Assembly: GCA_001643675.2 (NCBI GenBank)
Contig: LSRY02000002.1
Coordinates: 62,001 to 126,000 of the forward strand
Origin: Monocercomonoides exilis PA203
Lineage: Eukaryota; Protista; Preaxostyla
Length of the DNA stretch: 64,000 bases
Reading direction: 5' to 3'
Position numbers and translations under genes: made by a program. How positions within the stretch are numbered: the first letter of the stretch is position 1; every line of letters starts with the position of its first letter. Of this stretch, positions 53,301 to 64,000 are shown piece by piece. The notes beneath the pieces were generated by a model. The model made no database searches, was not told the DNA's origin, and worked only from the letters and a program-made list of their open reading frames with translations.

Positions 53301-55300
53301 TCTGATCATCCTTTTGCGAAGACTTTTTGTCTTGTTTTGAAGCAGACGTCGCAATGGCATCAGAATCTGATTCAACATTTTCGCCTGATTCGAAAATTTG
53401 GCTATCTCTAACATCTTCTCCTTCTTCCTCCTTTCTTTCTTCTTTTTCCTCGCTTTTCAGATCAAATGCCCACTCCCCAAGCTGTTCTCTTCTTTCCTGT
53501 TCTCTTTTCTTTCGCTTTTCTTCAATCTCTTCATTTCTTTTCTGCTCTTCCAGCTTCCTTTGCTCCTCTTCGTATTCCCAATGATCTTCCAAATGTGTCG
53601 TTATCTGCTGATACAGCGTGTGCGACAGCATCGGCTTCATATGGTCCCAATCTTTGATTGCGCGCGCTGCTCTTGTCGGCTTCGACCTGCCTGCCGGCGC
53701 GCCTGTGCTGGTCGTCTCAGTCAGCTGGAGGATCGATTGAAGTGCATTCATCGGCGAGGCAGGCTCCTTGGTTGACTTCAGAGAAGACGAAAAGTTTCCC
53801 AGCGTGGTCGAAGAAGGAGCACGAGACAGGCGATGAGGAGGAGACCGACTGAACGACAGTCTGGCAGACAACGGGGCATCGCCCACGGGAACGACATTCG
53901 GAGTGGATGGCCTCGACGGAGAGGACAACGCAAAAGAAGGCTGGTGCGATGGAGAAAGCTCGGGTGATTGATAAGGTGAACGTGAAGGTGAACGTGAAGG
54001 TGATGCCAATGTGTTTGAAGTGCTTGAATTGCGAGCTTGAGGAACATTTTGCACAGTTCTTGAAGAAGAAGAAGTCACATTTTTATTTTGAGTATATTTT
54101 GTTTCAAAATTGAAAGAAGGGCTTCTCAAAGGAGACGATTCAAGTAGAATCTGCTCTTTTTGATTCTCACTGACATCATTTTGGGAATATGCTATTTGTG
54201 TTGCTGAGGAAAGCATTTTGGAAGAAAGAGTTTCAAACGAATCGTTCTGTGCGGGAGGAGCAGGATGGGAAAAAGTTGTGGACACACTCGATGAGGGTGG
54301 AAAACCAAGCTCGTTCGACGAGGAAGATCGATGCATTGACGAAAGATGAGACGGTCCAAGCTTTTGCGAAGCGCATTTATTTGGCAAAAAAGATTGAGAA
54401 TCATCAGAAGCAGACAAGGAAATTGGTATTTCTGCCAGTGATTGACGAGAAGAATTAGACGAAGTTGTATAAGAAAGAATATGAGGAGCTAGTTCAGATT
54501 TGCTTTTTGCCAGCTCTGCTCGCTTAGCAGCTTTTTGTCGTTTCTTTCGTTGCTGTTGCACATGCATTATTGCAACTTCTGCAGGATCGCGCACTCCGGA
54601 TGGTTCAATGTAGATTGAATTCTCGAGGAATCCTCTTCCAAGAGTTCTTATCTGAATGTTTTCTTTTTTAATTTTAATTCTATCGCGAACAAGTTGTATT
54701 GATTCATGAGTAGGCGGCAAGCCTGTTTCCTCAAGATAGTGCACAGCAAATTCTGTCTTTGCTTGCTCTAAAAGTTGATCATTTAACGAAAGCAAAGCAT
54801 CTGAATCAGGCTTTATAGGTATTATCATCTTCCATTGTCTTTCAGAACCAGCAATTCCAGCAGAAGTCAATACATTTGTGGATAAAGGATTTACACCTGC
54901 TTGACCAAAACGAGCACCTTCTCTCCTGTCTTCTCGAGCAATTTTGTTTCCAAGAACTTTAACACACATAAAACGTAAAAAAAGTTTGGCATATAAATTC
55001 TCATACCCTTTAATTTTGCAGCTATAATTCGGGCGGTGTTCTCCTTTAAATGTGATCGATAACTTGCTGTTACATGTCCCTAATTTTCAAATGAATTATT
55101 AATTTAAAATGCAAGAGTACGAACAAAATGAAAAAAGAAAATAATTTAATAATAACCATAAGACGTTTTGATTTTTCTTCAAGTTCTTCTTCTGTATATT
55201 TTCCCTTGAAAATATCTGGCTTTGAAGCAGAAGAAACATATTTAATCTTTCCTTGAAGAAGATGAGATTCTTCTTCCTCTTCTTCTTCTTCAATATTCAT
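47359..55300 (-). CDS. Uncharacterised protein (~2,604 aa); Ser-rich, acidic and coiled-coil tracts with a hydrophobic globular core. Exons 55300-55157, 55079-55007, 54956-47359
   Basis: 2536-aa ORF extended by two GT-AG introns (55156-55080, 77 nt; 55006-54957, 50 nt) that join in frame: ...KRLM|GHVTASYR...AKLK|VLGNK. No family confidently recognised. Confidence 0.75.
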
Positions 55301-56207
55301 GATATTATATAAAATTGATGGGTAATTATGCTATATAAGTTTTCTAAGCAAATATCTTTAAAATTTCCTTCAAAAGCTGATTATTAATTGATCTTCATAA
55401 AAGCTTTACCAAATTATTTTTTTCTAAATAATAATTTTCAATTTGAAAACCAGATAACAATTGTCAATAATAAAGAAATTTCATACGTTTTTGAAACTTT
55501 TTATTTGATGATTCTGTCCACATTCAGTTTTTGAAAAACAGTCCAGCATCTTTATTCAACACTTCAACCAACTTTTACGTGTAAACAACGATATCATTCA
55601 ACAACTTTCAATCGCTTCAACAAAAGAAAATTTAAAGATAATCCAATGCATATTATTTCTATAGAAATAAAGAAATATTCTATCCATAGCAAAAGAATTT
55701 AATAAAATCATGAATATTTTTGGTCTTTCAAAAAATGTTACAACCGAATCAAACACAATAATTTGCAAAAAAACTCACTTGCAAAAAGACACTTGAAATC
55801 GCAAAACATTGTTTTTTGTTTTATCATCGAATGTTTATTTCTTAACATCTGAATAACATCGTAAATCTATTTAGAGATTTGAACAATTCAAAAGTTCAAA
55901 ATTGAACTTTTTTTAACTCTATATACAACAAAAGCAAATTAATTGCACACAATTAGAAGAGGAATATTTCAATTAAGTTCAGCTTTTCAGATTTTGTTGA
56001 TGAAATAACGTCATCACTGCAACCCTTTTCTATAGAAAGAATAATCGAAATCAAAAAATAATTTGTTATGACTTCATTGATTTCTTCCAATGCAATTTAT
56101 AAAAAAGATGTCTAATACTTCAGAAAAAATAGTGATTGAAACCATAATTGAAAATTTCAGTTGATCATTGTTGCAGGAAAGAGAAAAACGAGCAGCAATT
56201 CATTCCA

Positions 56208-59200
56208 ATGCGCGTGGGATTGGCAAAATGCAATGACATCTCCATATTGATACTTTTGGTGCTTGTTCGCTCGTCGGTCGAGAAAAGTGTGAACGCACAA
56301 GAAAGCACAGAAAATGGAATTACTATTTGTTTTGGAGAAAAAGGCATAAATACAATTGAAAGAGGATGCAATGAAATGGAAAACGAAAATAAAAATTTGG
56401 TTAATGAAGTTCAACGTTCTGGAAGGCATTTCAAAGACTTGTTTTTGAATGATGCGAAAGAACAACAAATTGAAGAAATGATTGAAAAAGAAACAGAAAA
56501 GGAAACTCGAAAAAAGAGAGAAGAATTTGTTGACAACAAAGATTCGCTGATTTTTTGTGGAAAACGACGAGAGACAAAAAGCATCATAAGGTGTCAAATT
56601 GGAGCATGGAATTCTTCAGTTGCGATGAACAAACTGGAAGTTGTTGGATCAGAGAAAGGAAAGGGAATTGAGGTGGGAAGAAACTCGTTTTTGCATTTCG
56701 AGTGTGTGGAGATGATGGTGGAATGCACAGATGTGTCGCCAATTCTGTGCATTGGAGGAAGAATCCTTCTGGAAAATTCAAGCCTGAAAATAGAAGGGGA
56801 AGAGAAAATGATGCCTCCAATGTTTGACACTGAGCAACGCAGCAGAAGAGAGAACGAGCTTGGGCAGGCAAAGATAAGAGCGTGCAGCTTTGGATCGTTC
56901 TGCTTATTGGGATCATCACCGTTTATTGTATCGCCAGCACTTGGGAATGTTGAAGTGATCGGCTCGAGATTTGAGAACATCACAGTTGGGAGCCAGTGGA
57001 GGTTCGTGGATGGAGGGAAATACGATTGCAAAACAAGGCTTGAATGTGTGGAATTCATACGAGTGGAGGATGTGCTGGATGGGGCTATTGTTCCTCCACT
57101 GAGCATGCCTTCCTCGTCTGTTGTCTCGCGAAACTGCACCTATCAAGACAACATCAGGCATCCGAACAAATACGATATTTACAAGGGGAGTATAGGAAGA
57201 AAACTGATTTTTGCATCGACTTCATTTGAGGACGACACATTCGAAGGCTGCAGAACTGATTCTGGAACAGGAGGAGCATTGAGTGTGAACTCAACTCGGG
57301 TATCGCTGAATGTGACGAGATGCAATTTTACAGGATGTTATGCCTGCGAAGGAGGAGGTGCCGTTGATTTTAATTATTTTAAACAAACAATCGTTGAAAA
57401 TTCACAATTTTTCAACAATTCTGCAACAAATAACGGAGGCAGTATGAAAATTGCGATAATTTCATGTTGTTCGTTGACAAAGGGATGCCTTTTTATGAAC
57501 AGCAAAGTTGAAAAAGGATTTGCAAGTGCATTATATTACGGCGAATACTCCTCAAATGCCCCAATAAGCTGTCTAGGAGTGGATGATGGAAATGGAGGAC
57601 AAGCCCAGGTTATTGATTGCCAGTTTGTGAAATGCTCAAATAAAGGAAATTATGGAGCTGTTATGAGTTGGTCAAACTCCCGACATTTTGCAATGAGAAG
57701 TTGCCAATTTATCAAATGCAAGGCTGTCCAAGAAGGTGGAGCACTTCGCCACCATTTCGTCAAGTGCCAAGGAGATCAAACGAATTTGAAAGCTTTTTTC
57801 TTTTTATTTTTCCACGAATGCTTTTGCACAGATAGTGAGAATCCATCGGGGCATGATGTTTATCTAACTCAATCAAGTCCAGATGTGAACCTCACATCAA
57901 CACCTTTCAAAGAGAGTTATTCAACAAATATGAATGAAAAAAGATTATATTGGGGAGGAGCAAATAAATACGAAAAAGATTGGCTTCCAACAACGAAAAA
58001 GTTGTTCACCTCTTGCTTTGTTTCAACAAGTGGGAATGATGGGGATGAGCTGTGTGGGTTATCTGATGAATCGGGATGCAGAACAATTTCACATTCGCTG
58101 GGGAAGTGCATGACTCAGTTTGAATCGAGGATATTTTTGGGGAAAGGAACACATGCATCAGAGGAGGGAGAAATAAGTGCTGGAATTCGAGAGCTGAGTG
58201 TGTGCGGGGAAGGTGTGGAGGAGACTGTTGTGAGCACAAGCAGCATGGAGAATGGAGACAGTCTGTTTAGTGTGACAAGCGGAAGAGTTTTTGCGAGCTT
58301 GTTCACAATCGAGCACTCACACACGAAGCACGAGATGAGACTGTTTGTTGTGAGGGGAAGTGGAAGCGTGGAATTGAAGAGGATGCGGATGCAGCCATCA
58401 AATGGACATTCATCTCTGAATGCATTTGGTGCATCACTGATCGTATCTGGAGCAGGAGAAGGGAAAGTGGGGATGGAGCAGGTTGAGATTGGAAACTTTG
58501 TGCTGGAAGATGCGCCAATTGTTGGTGTTGATGGGAAATGGAAAGTGACAATGTCATACACCACTTTCAGGAATATTGTGAGGCTGAGGGGAGATGGGAG
58601 CGTGATATCGAAGAGTGTGGCAGAAGGTGAAATGCTGCTGATGAACAATGTGACGATGCAGGGATGCCGATGTGAGAGCGGGGATGGAGGAGGAATGGCA
58701 ATTAGGATGGAATCAGGAGCTCGTGCTCGTGTGGGGAATGAGAGCGAAGTGTTGTTTGGTGGATGCGAAGCAAGAGAAGAGCAAAGCGGAGGAGGAGGGT
58801 GTGGAGGAGGGTTGATGATTGAAGTGAAGGAAGGAGGATATGATTTTGTGATTGACAAAGCATCGTTTGCAGGGTGTGCGTCAACAAAGGCAGGGAGCAA
58901 GCTGTTCGTGAGAGCACCCCAGATGGCAGAGGTGGCGAAGAGAGAGAAGCTGAAGTTTGCGATTGATGAATGCAATCTGAGTGAGGTGTGTGGATATGAG
59001 AATGGGGATGAAGTGAATGTGATTCCACTTGTAGTGTATCTGCGGAGCAAGCCAAGCGAATATCATGTTGGAGGGATGAACAAGAGAGACTGGGAGATGT
59101 GTGGATTTGGAGATGTGCAGTGTGCGAGTGTGGATTATGCGATCAGGAAGCATGGGACTGGGGCAGGGATAACAGTTGTGGCGAACAGCGGGGCTGTTGT

Positions 59201-62200
59201 GAAAGGCGAGGTTGAACTTATGAGTGGAGTTGTTGTGGTGAAAGGACAGGCATCTCCACCTCGAGTGGTGATAGAGAGCAGAGAGAGTGGGAGAGCAGAG
59301 GGAGTGATCACAACAGCTGGAGCAACAACATCGATTGTGAATCTGGTGATATCGCTTCCTGCAAGTGCGGGTGATGGAAGAAGCGTGATTGCGTGCCGGA
59401 GTGGGAGTGTGGAGGTGGGACAGTGCAATTTCGAGGGAGTGGAAGGAGAGATGATCGGATATGTGGTTATGCTATGCAGCGGAGGCAAGTTGAGTGTGCG
59501 ACAGGTGGCTGTGAGTGGGCTGAGCTTTACAGGGAGCTGCATGGTCTGCGTGAACAATAATGGAGAAGGATTGATTTCCCAGACAAACATAAGTGGAGGA
59601 ACAGTGGAATGTGAAAATGGATTGGTATATTATGCATCCAGTGGGAAGCTTATTGTTGAGCAGACGAAATTTGAGGGGATAGCATGCTCGTTGAGTGGGA
59701 TTGTGGTTGGGAGAGGAGGGAGCGATCTGGAGATAGAGAAGTGCACTTTCAGCGGGATTGAGAGTACAGAAGGGAATGGGAGTGGAGTGCAGTGTGTGAT
59801 TGGAGATGGAGAGAGTGTGGTGATTGGGAACAGCAGCTTTTCTGGTTGTTGTGTGGAGAAAGGATGTGGAGGGGGAGTGTGTGTGGAGATAGAAGCAGGA
59901 GGATATTTTCGAATGGGGAGGAGCGAGGAAGAAACACTGGTTGAAAAGTGCAGGAGCAGTTTGAGAGAAGGAGTTGGAGGATGTGGAGGAGGGATGTTTT
60001 TGAAAATGGAGGGAGGCAGTGAATCAAAGGGATGGGATCATGAGGTGCGTGGAGTGGTGTTTGGGACAGGTGTGGGAAAGAATGAAGCAGTGAGAGGAGG
60101 AGACAATATATTTGTGGAAGCTGGAGATCTGAGTGAAGCAGTGGGAAGTGAAGAGTTTGTGGGAGTGATTGCGACAGATAAAGGGAGAGTGAGAGAGGCG
60201 ATGGGGTTTGAAGGTGGGGATGAGAGTTTTCTGATTCCGCTGATGTTTTTCATGGTTGAAGTGGAAGGTGTTGCGGGGCATGTTGGAGGAGTGAATAAGC
60301 GAGACTTTTCAGGGTGTGGGTTTGAAGGATATGGATGTGCGACTATTGGGAAGCTGGTTGGATTGAGGTTTGCGAACAGTGAGAAGAAGATAATTGTGAA
60401 TGAAGGGTTCAACTGGAGCGAGAAGGTGGAGATGAGCGGACAGAAATGGGAACTGAAGGGTGTGAAGAGAGGAACAAATGTGAATGTGGTGTGGGGAGAG
60501 GCGGGAGTTGGGAATGGGATGATTCACACAACAACAGAAACACATGTGTCAAATTGCACATTTGGTGTGTTTGTGAAGAGTGAAGGAGTGGGTTGTTTGA
60601 TTGAGTGTATTGGAGGTGATTTGGAGATGGTGTGGTGTGTGATGAGACTGTCTGGCGAAGAGGGATTGGATGGAGTGAGTGGTGGGCTATTGAAAGTTGA
60701 GGGAGGCGGAGTGGTATTGGATGAGTTTGTGGTTGAGGGAAACGGGGATATAGGGTTTATGGGAGTTCCAATTGATATTGGAGGAGGAGGGAAGATGAAA
60801 GTGAACAACAGTGTTTTTGGCTGTGCTTGGCACAGAGGAGGAGATGGAGGGTGCATGAGTTCGGAGAGTGGAACTGGTCAATTGCGAGATATCCATGTGG
60901 AGAATTGCACGATCAAAGGAAAGTGCAGAGGTGGGAATGGGCTTCGAGGAGGAGGGATGATGGTGAGGCAGGGTGAGGGAGCAGAGGTGGTGATAGAGGG
61001 GACAAAGTTTGAAGGATGTGAAGTGCCTGAAGGAGAAGGAGGAGAAGGGAGAGGAATGGGAGGAGGGGTGTATTTATTGTGTTCGGATGGAGTGAGTGGG
61101 TTTGAATTGAAAGGGCTGGAGTTTGAGGGGTGCAAAGCATGGAAGGGGAAGAATGTGTTTGTGGAAGGGAGGGATTTGAGTGCTATTGTGAGCGGAGGCT
61201 CAATGAATTTTGAGAGAGGCGGGATGGAGATGGGAGATCTGATGGGATATGAGCGTTGGTCAACAGGTGATACTTTTGGAATTCCACTTGGTGCATATCT
61301 TGATCAGTTTGGAGGCACAGCATATGTTGGAGGAGAGTCAGACTGGGGATATGATCATTCAGGCTGTGGAATGGCATATGCTCCCTGTCGAACAATTGAA
61401 CAGGCGCTGAAAGTGCGTTTTGGAGGAGTAGTTGGAAGTGGAGAAGTGGTGGCGATGGAATCATTTGAGTTGAAAGATCATGTGGTGCTTGAGCTGCAGG
61501 GAGTGAAGTTGAAAGGGGTTGTTGAGGGTGGAGAGACAAGTGTTCATGTGCGTGATGATGGAACAGGGGAGGGAGAAGGGCTGTTGGAAACGAGAGTGAA
61601 TGCATTTGTGAAGAATATATCGTTTGTTGTTCCCAACGAGTTTTTGACAGCCAGATGGGAGTGTCTGTTTGCGTGCAAGGGAGAGGAGCTGAAGCTGGAG
61701 AACTGCCAGGTGGAGCAAGTGAATGGGCAGTTGAAAATGAAGTATTCATTGATAAAAGCGAGTGGAGGAAAGGTGGTTGTGGATGGGTTGAAGATGACAA
61801 ACATGAACACAGGGGAATTTGAGTTGTTTGAGCTGTGTGGAGGTGAAGGAGTGTTTGCGGGATTGGAGATGGAAAATGTTGTTTGTGGAGCAGAAAGTGG
61901 GCTGATTGGTGTGAGGGAGGGATCTGCACTGAGGGTGGAAAACAGCACAGTGAAGGGAAAAACAATGGATGATGGAAGTGTTGTTGCGTTTGAAGAAAGG
62001 GCGAGTGTTGGGGCAAAGAACGTCAGCGTGGAAGGAAAGACTCGGAAGAGCGGAAATGGAGGTGTGTTTGCAGGGAAAGTGGGAGAAGGGCAGAAAGTGG
62101 AGGTGAAGGAGAGCACATTTGTGCAGGATGTGTGCATGGGGAATCCGTCATGTGGAGGATGTGTGTTTGTGAGTGTTGCCGGGAAGGGGGAGTTTGTGTT

Positions 62201-64000
62201 TGACTCGAACAGGGTGGAGAGGTGTGCAGTGGTGGGAACAGCAGGATATGGAGGAGGAGTGTTTGTGGAGCTGGAGGACAGGGATGCGAAGTACTCGCTT
62301 CGAGAGGATGTGTTTGAGGGGAACGCTGCAGCAAAGGGACTGGATGTGTTTGTTGTGTGTGGGGAGCCAGAGGTGATGCTGCGGGAGGATCTGTGGATGG
62401 GGACAGTGGATGAGGAGAGCACGCCAGAGGTGAATGTGTGGGTGATGGACTCTGTGACAGACACAGTGATCGACTTGTCAGTGAAGAAGTATCTGTTTCC
62501 TGCGGAAGGGGCGATTGTGTATGTGGAGGCAGGGAGAAGCACAGCCGCCGATTCGTGTGGAAGCGAGATCTCGCCCTGTGACAGGTTCATTGATGGGTTC
62601 ACGAACATGGGAGAGGAGAAGACGACGATCCAGATGAACAACGGGAACTGGATGGATTATGTGATTGATCGGAAAGGGAAATCGCTGGCAGTGCGGGGGA
62701 AAAGTGCTGGATGCAGCTTGGAGGTCAGAGAACATGGGTGCTTCAGGCAGAGCATTGGAGACTCACAGACAACACTGACGCTCAGCCGCCTGGATTTCAG
62801 ACTGCCAGAGGTGGCATCAGAGGAAGTGGACGGGCTGATCAGTGTGAGTGTGGGTGTGGTGCTGGTGATGAACTGTGTATTTGGGGCAGGTTCAGGAACA
62901 GATGCTGGGGAAGAGGAAGCAGGAGCTGATGTGAGGTGGGAGACAGGGATGAGAATAGTGAGGGAAACCGGAGGAGAGGTCCGGATGAATCAAGTGGCAG
63001 TGGAAGGTGTGAGTTTTGGAGTGGATGGAGGCTTTGTGAAAATGGAGGGAGGAATGCTCATCATGAACAACACGAACATATCGAATGTTGGAGGAACAGG
63101 GAAGGGGTTGATTGAAGGGAGCGGAGAGGCTGAGTTTGGGATGCACAAGGGATGTGTGGAGGAAGTGGATGTGGCAGATGGGGGAGTGGTGTGGATGGAG
63201 AATGTGAGAAGTTTGGAAATAACAGAAGGCAGCACATTCAATGGATGCCGATCTGCTCATGGAGATGGAGGAGGAGTGCGCTGCGAAGTGAGTGAAGGAA
63301 GCAGTTTGTGCATCACAGATGGAGTGTTTACGAGGTGTTGTGTGAATGGTGAAAGCGGAAGAGGGGGAGGAATATATTTGAATGTTGCAAGCACAAAAAT
63401 GGGGGAAATGAATTTTGATGGGCTTGAGTTTTCAGAGAATGCAGGAACATGGGGGAGAGATGTGTTTGTGGAGTGTGAGGATCTGAACAAGACAGTAACT
63501 CGATCTCGATTCCGGTTTGCAGTGAAAAATGAAGAAGGTGAAGTGATTGTTGATATGAAAGGAGTGGATCGGGTGCGATTTGTTGAAGAGGCAGTGGATC
63601 TTGCAGTGTTTCTGGTGGAACATAAGTGGGGAGAAGTGCATGTGAGAGAAGGAGGGTGCGACATGATAGGATGTGGGAGTGAGAAAATGCCATGTGAGAC
63701 ATATTGGAGAGGGGTGAAGAATGCAGATCGTGAAACAGTTGGGGGAGCTAAGATCTTGGTGAAAGGGAAGATGAGAGTTGCCGATTGGTTTGATGTGTCA
63801 GGGATAAGAACGGTGTGCAATGGGGCAGGAGCAGGAGCAGTCACGAGGTGTGTGATGGAGGTTGGGGAGGAGATCAGTGGAGGAGATGGGAAGTGTGTAT
63901 TTGAGAACAGCAGGAGAGCAGGGTTTGAAGGAGTTGAGTTTGTTCTACCAGGGATGTTTGCAAGTGGGCAGGAAGTGGTGCTGCTTTCGGAGACAGATGA
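56208..64000 (+). CDS. Large secreted/surface parallel beta-helix (pectin-lyase-like / Pmp-like GGA-FxxN) repeat protein; 5' part only, continues beyond the window (>2,590 aa)
   Basis: I translated this frame at several points (56.2-56.8, 57.2-57.4, 58.0, 63.96 kb) and it stayed the same; the ORF track lists no closed ORF in it. Signal-like MRVGLAKCNDISILILLVLVRSS; GGA/GGG and FxxN/FxGC motifs; recurring V..G....CG....PC.TI caps. Confidence 0.8.
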   Translation, partial: MRVGLAKCNDISILILLVLVRSSVEKSVNAQESTENGITICFGEKGINTIERGCNEMENENKNLVNEVQRSGRHFKDLFLNDAKEQQIEEMIEKETEKETRKKREEFVDNKDSLIFCGKRRETKSIIRCQIGAWNSSVAMNKLEVVGSEKGKGIEVGRNSFLHFECVEMMVECTDVSPILCIGGRILLENSSLKIEGEEKMMPPMFDTEQRSRRENELGQAKIRACSFGSFCLLGSSPFIVSPALGNVEVIGSRFENITVGSQWRFVDGGKYDCKTRLECVEFIRVEDVLDGAIVPPLSMPSSSVVSRNCTYQDNIRHPNKYDIYKGSIGRKLIFASTSFEDDTFEGCRTDSGTGGALSVNSTRVSLNVTRCNFTGCYACEGGGAVDFNYFKQTIVENSQFFNNSATNNGGSMKIAIISCCSLTKGCLFMNSKVEKGFASALYYGEYSSNAPISCLGVDDGNGGQAQVIDCQFVKCSNKGNYGAVMSWSNSRHFAMRSCQFIKCKAVQEGGALRHHFVKCQGDQTNLKAFFFLFFHECFCTDSENPSGHDVYLTQSSPDVNLTSTPFKESYSTNMNEKRLYWGGANKYEKDWLPTTKKLFTSCFVSTSGNDGDELCGLSDESGCRTISHSLGKCMTQFESRIFLGKGTHASEEGEISAGIRELSVCGEGVEETVVSTSSMENGDSLFSVTSGRVFASLFTIEHSHTKHEMRLFVVRGSGSVELKRMRMQPSNGHSSLNAFGASLIVSGAGEGKVGMEQVEIGNFVLEDAPIVGVDGKWKVTMSYTTFRNIVRLRGDGSVISKSVAEGEMLLMNNVTMQGCRCESGDGGGMAIRMESGARARVGNESEVLFGGCEAREEQSGGGGCGGGLMIEVKEGGYDFVIDKASFAGCASTKAGSKLFVRAPQMAEVAKREKLKFAIDECNLSEVCGYENGDEVNVIPLVVYLRSKPSEYHVGGMNKRDWEMCGFGDVQCASVDYAIRKHGTGAGITVVANSGAVVKGEVELMSGVVVVKGQASPPRVVIESRESGRAEGVITTAGATTSIVNLVISLPASAGDGRSVIACRSGSVEVGQCNFEGVEGEMIGYVVMLCSGGKLSVRQVAVSGLSFTGSCMVCVNNNGEGLISQTNISGGTVECENGLVYYASSGKLIVEQTKFEGIACSLSGIVVGRGGSDLEIEKCTFSGIESTEGNGSGVQCVIGDGESVVIGNSSFSGCCVEKGCGGGVCVEIEAGGYFRMGRSEEETLVEKCRSSLREGVGGCGGGMFLKMEGGSESKGWDHEVRGVVFGTGVGKNEAVRGGDNIFVEAGDLSEAVGSEEFVGVIATDKGRVREAMGFEGGDESFLIPLMFFMVEVEGVAGHVGGVNKRDFSGCGFEGYGCATIGKLVGLRFANSEKKIIVNEGFNWSEKVEMSGQKWELKGVKRGTNVNVVWGEAGVGNGMIHTTTETHVSNCTFGVFVKSEGVGCLIECIGGDLEMVWCVMRLSGEEGLDGVSGGLLKVEGGGVVLDEFVVEGNGDIGFMGVPIDIGGGGKMKVNNSVFGCAWHRGGDGGCMSSESGTGQLRDIHVENCTIKGKCRGGNGLRGGGMMVRQGEGAEVVIEGTKFEGCEVPEGEGGEGRGMGGGVYLLCSDGVSGFELKGLEFEGCKAWKGKNVFVEGRDLSAIVSGGSMNFERGGMEMGDLMGYERWSTGDTFGIPLGAYLDQFGGTAYVGGESDWGYDHSGCGMAYAPCRTIEQALKVRFGGVVGSGEVVAMESFELKDHVVLELQGVKLKGVVEGGETSVHVRDDGTGEGEGLLETRVNAFVKNISFVVPNEFLTARWECLFACKGEELKLENCQVEQVNGQLKMKYSLIKASGGKVVVDGLKMTNMNTGEFELFELCGGEGVFAGLEMENVVCGAESGLIGVREGSALRVENSTVKGKTMDDGSVVAFEERASVGAKNVSVEGKTRKSGNGGVFAGKVGEGQKVEVKESTFVQDVCMGNPSCGGCVFVSVAGKGEFVFDSNRVERCAVVGTAGYGGGVFVELEDRDAKYSLREDVFEGNAAAKGLDVFVVCGEPEVMLREDLWMGTVDEESTPEVNVWVMDSVTDTVIDLSVKKYLFPAEGAIVYVEAGRSTAADSCGSEISPCDRFIDGFTNMGEEKTTIQMNNGNWMDYVIDRKGKSLAVRGKSAGCSLEVREHGCFRQSIGDSQTTLTLSRLDFRLPEVASEEVDGLISVSVGVVLVMNCVFGAGSGTDAGEEEAGADVRWETGMRIVRETGGEVRMNQVAVEGVSFGVDGGFVKMEGGMLIMNNTNISNVGGTGKGLIEGSGEAEFGMHKGCVEEVDVADGGVVWMENVRSLEITEGSTFNGCRSAHGDGGGVRCEVSEGSSLCITDGVFTRCCVNGESGRGGGIYLNVASTKMGEMNFDGLEFSENAGTWGRDVFVECEDLNKTVTRSRFRFAVKNEEGEVIVDMKGVDRVRFVEEAVDLAVFLVEHKWGEVHVREGGCDMIGCGSEKMPCETYWRGVKNADRETVGGAKILVKGKMRVADWFDVSGIRTVCNGAGAGAVTRCVMEVGEEISGGDGKCVFENSRRAGFEGVEFVLPGMFASGQEVVLLSETD

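Noticed and set aside
56157-63844. Minus-strand Pro/Ser/His-rich ORFs (up to 365 aa)
   Set aside because: Antisense shadows of the G/A-rich plus-strand beta-helix gene
1-64000. CRISPR arrays, tRNA/rRNA genes, autonomous transposase
   Set aside because: No repeat-spacer arrays, RNA-gene signatures or DDE/RT motifs recognised by eye

Overview
Eukaryotic genomic DNA. It has short GT-AG introns (several starting GTTTG), very AT-rich intergenic DNA, proteins heavily inflated by Ser-rich insertions, and the standard genetic code; this overall style resembles an oxymonad such as Monocercomonoides (inference). Contents in order: (1) an intron-containing, bacterial-type receiver-like + PPDK_N (ATP-grasp) dikinase-family gene; (2) a giant two-exon axonemal dynein heavy chain-like gene (~11,199 aa) whose AAA1 Walker A/B motifs are destroyed while the stalk/microtubule-binding domain is conserved; (3) two actin genes with identical proteins, set tail-to-tail in a ~2.39-kb-arm inverted repeat with an 832-bp spacer; (4) a ~2,600-aa uncharacterised gene; (5) the 5' part of a secreted or surface beta-helix repeat protein gene that runs off the window and is absent from the ORF track. 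A ~178-bp MITE-like element with TIRs and target-site duplications occurs at 6.4 kb and in both palindrome arms, and a decayed copy lies at the palindrome's inner junction.
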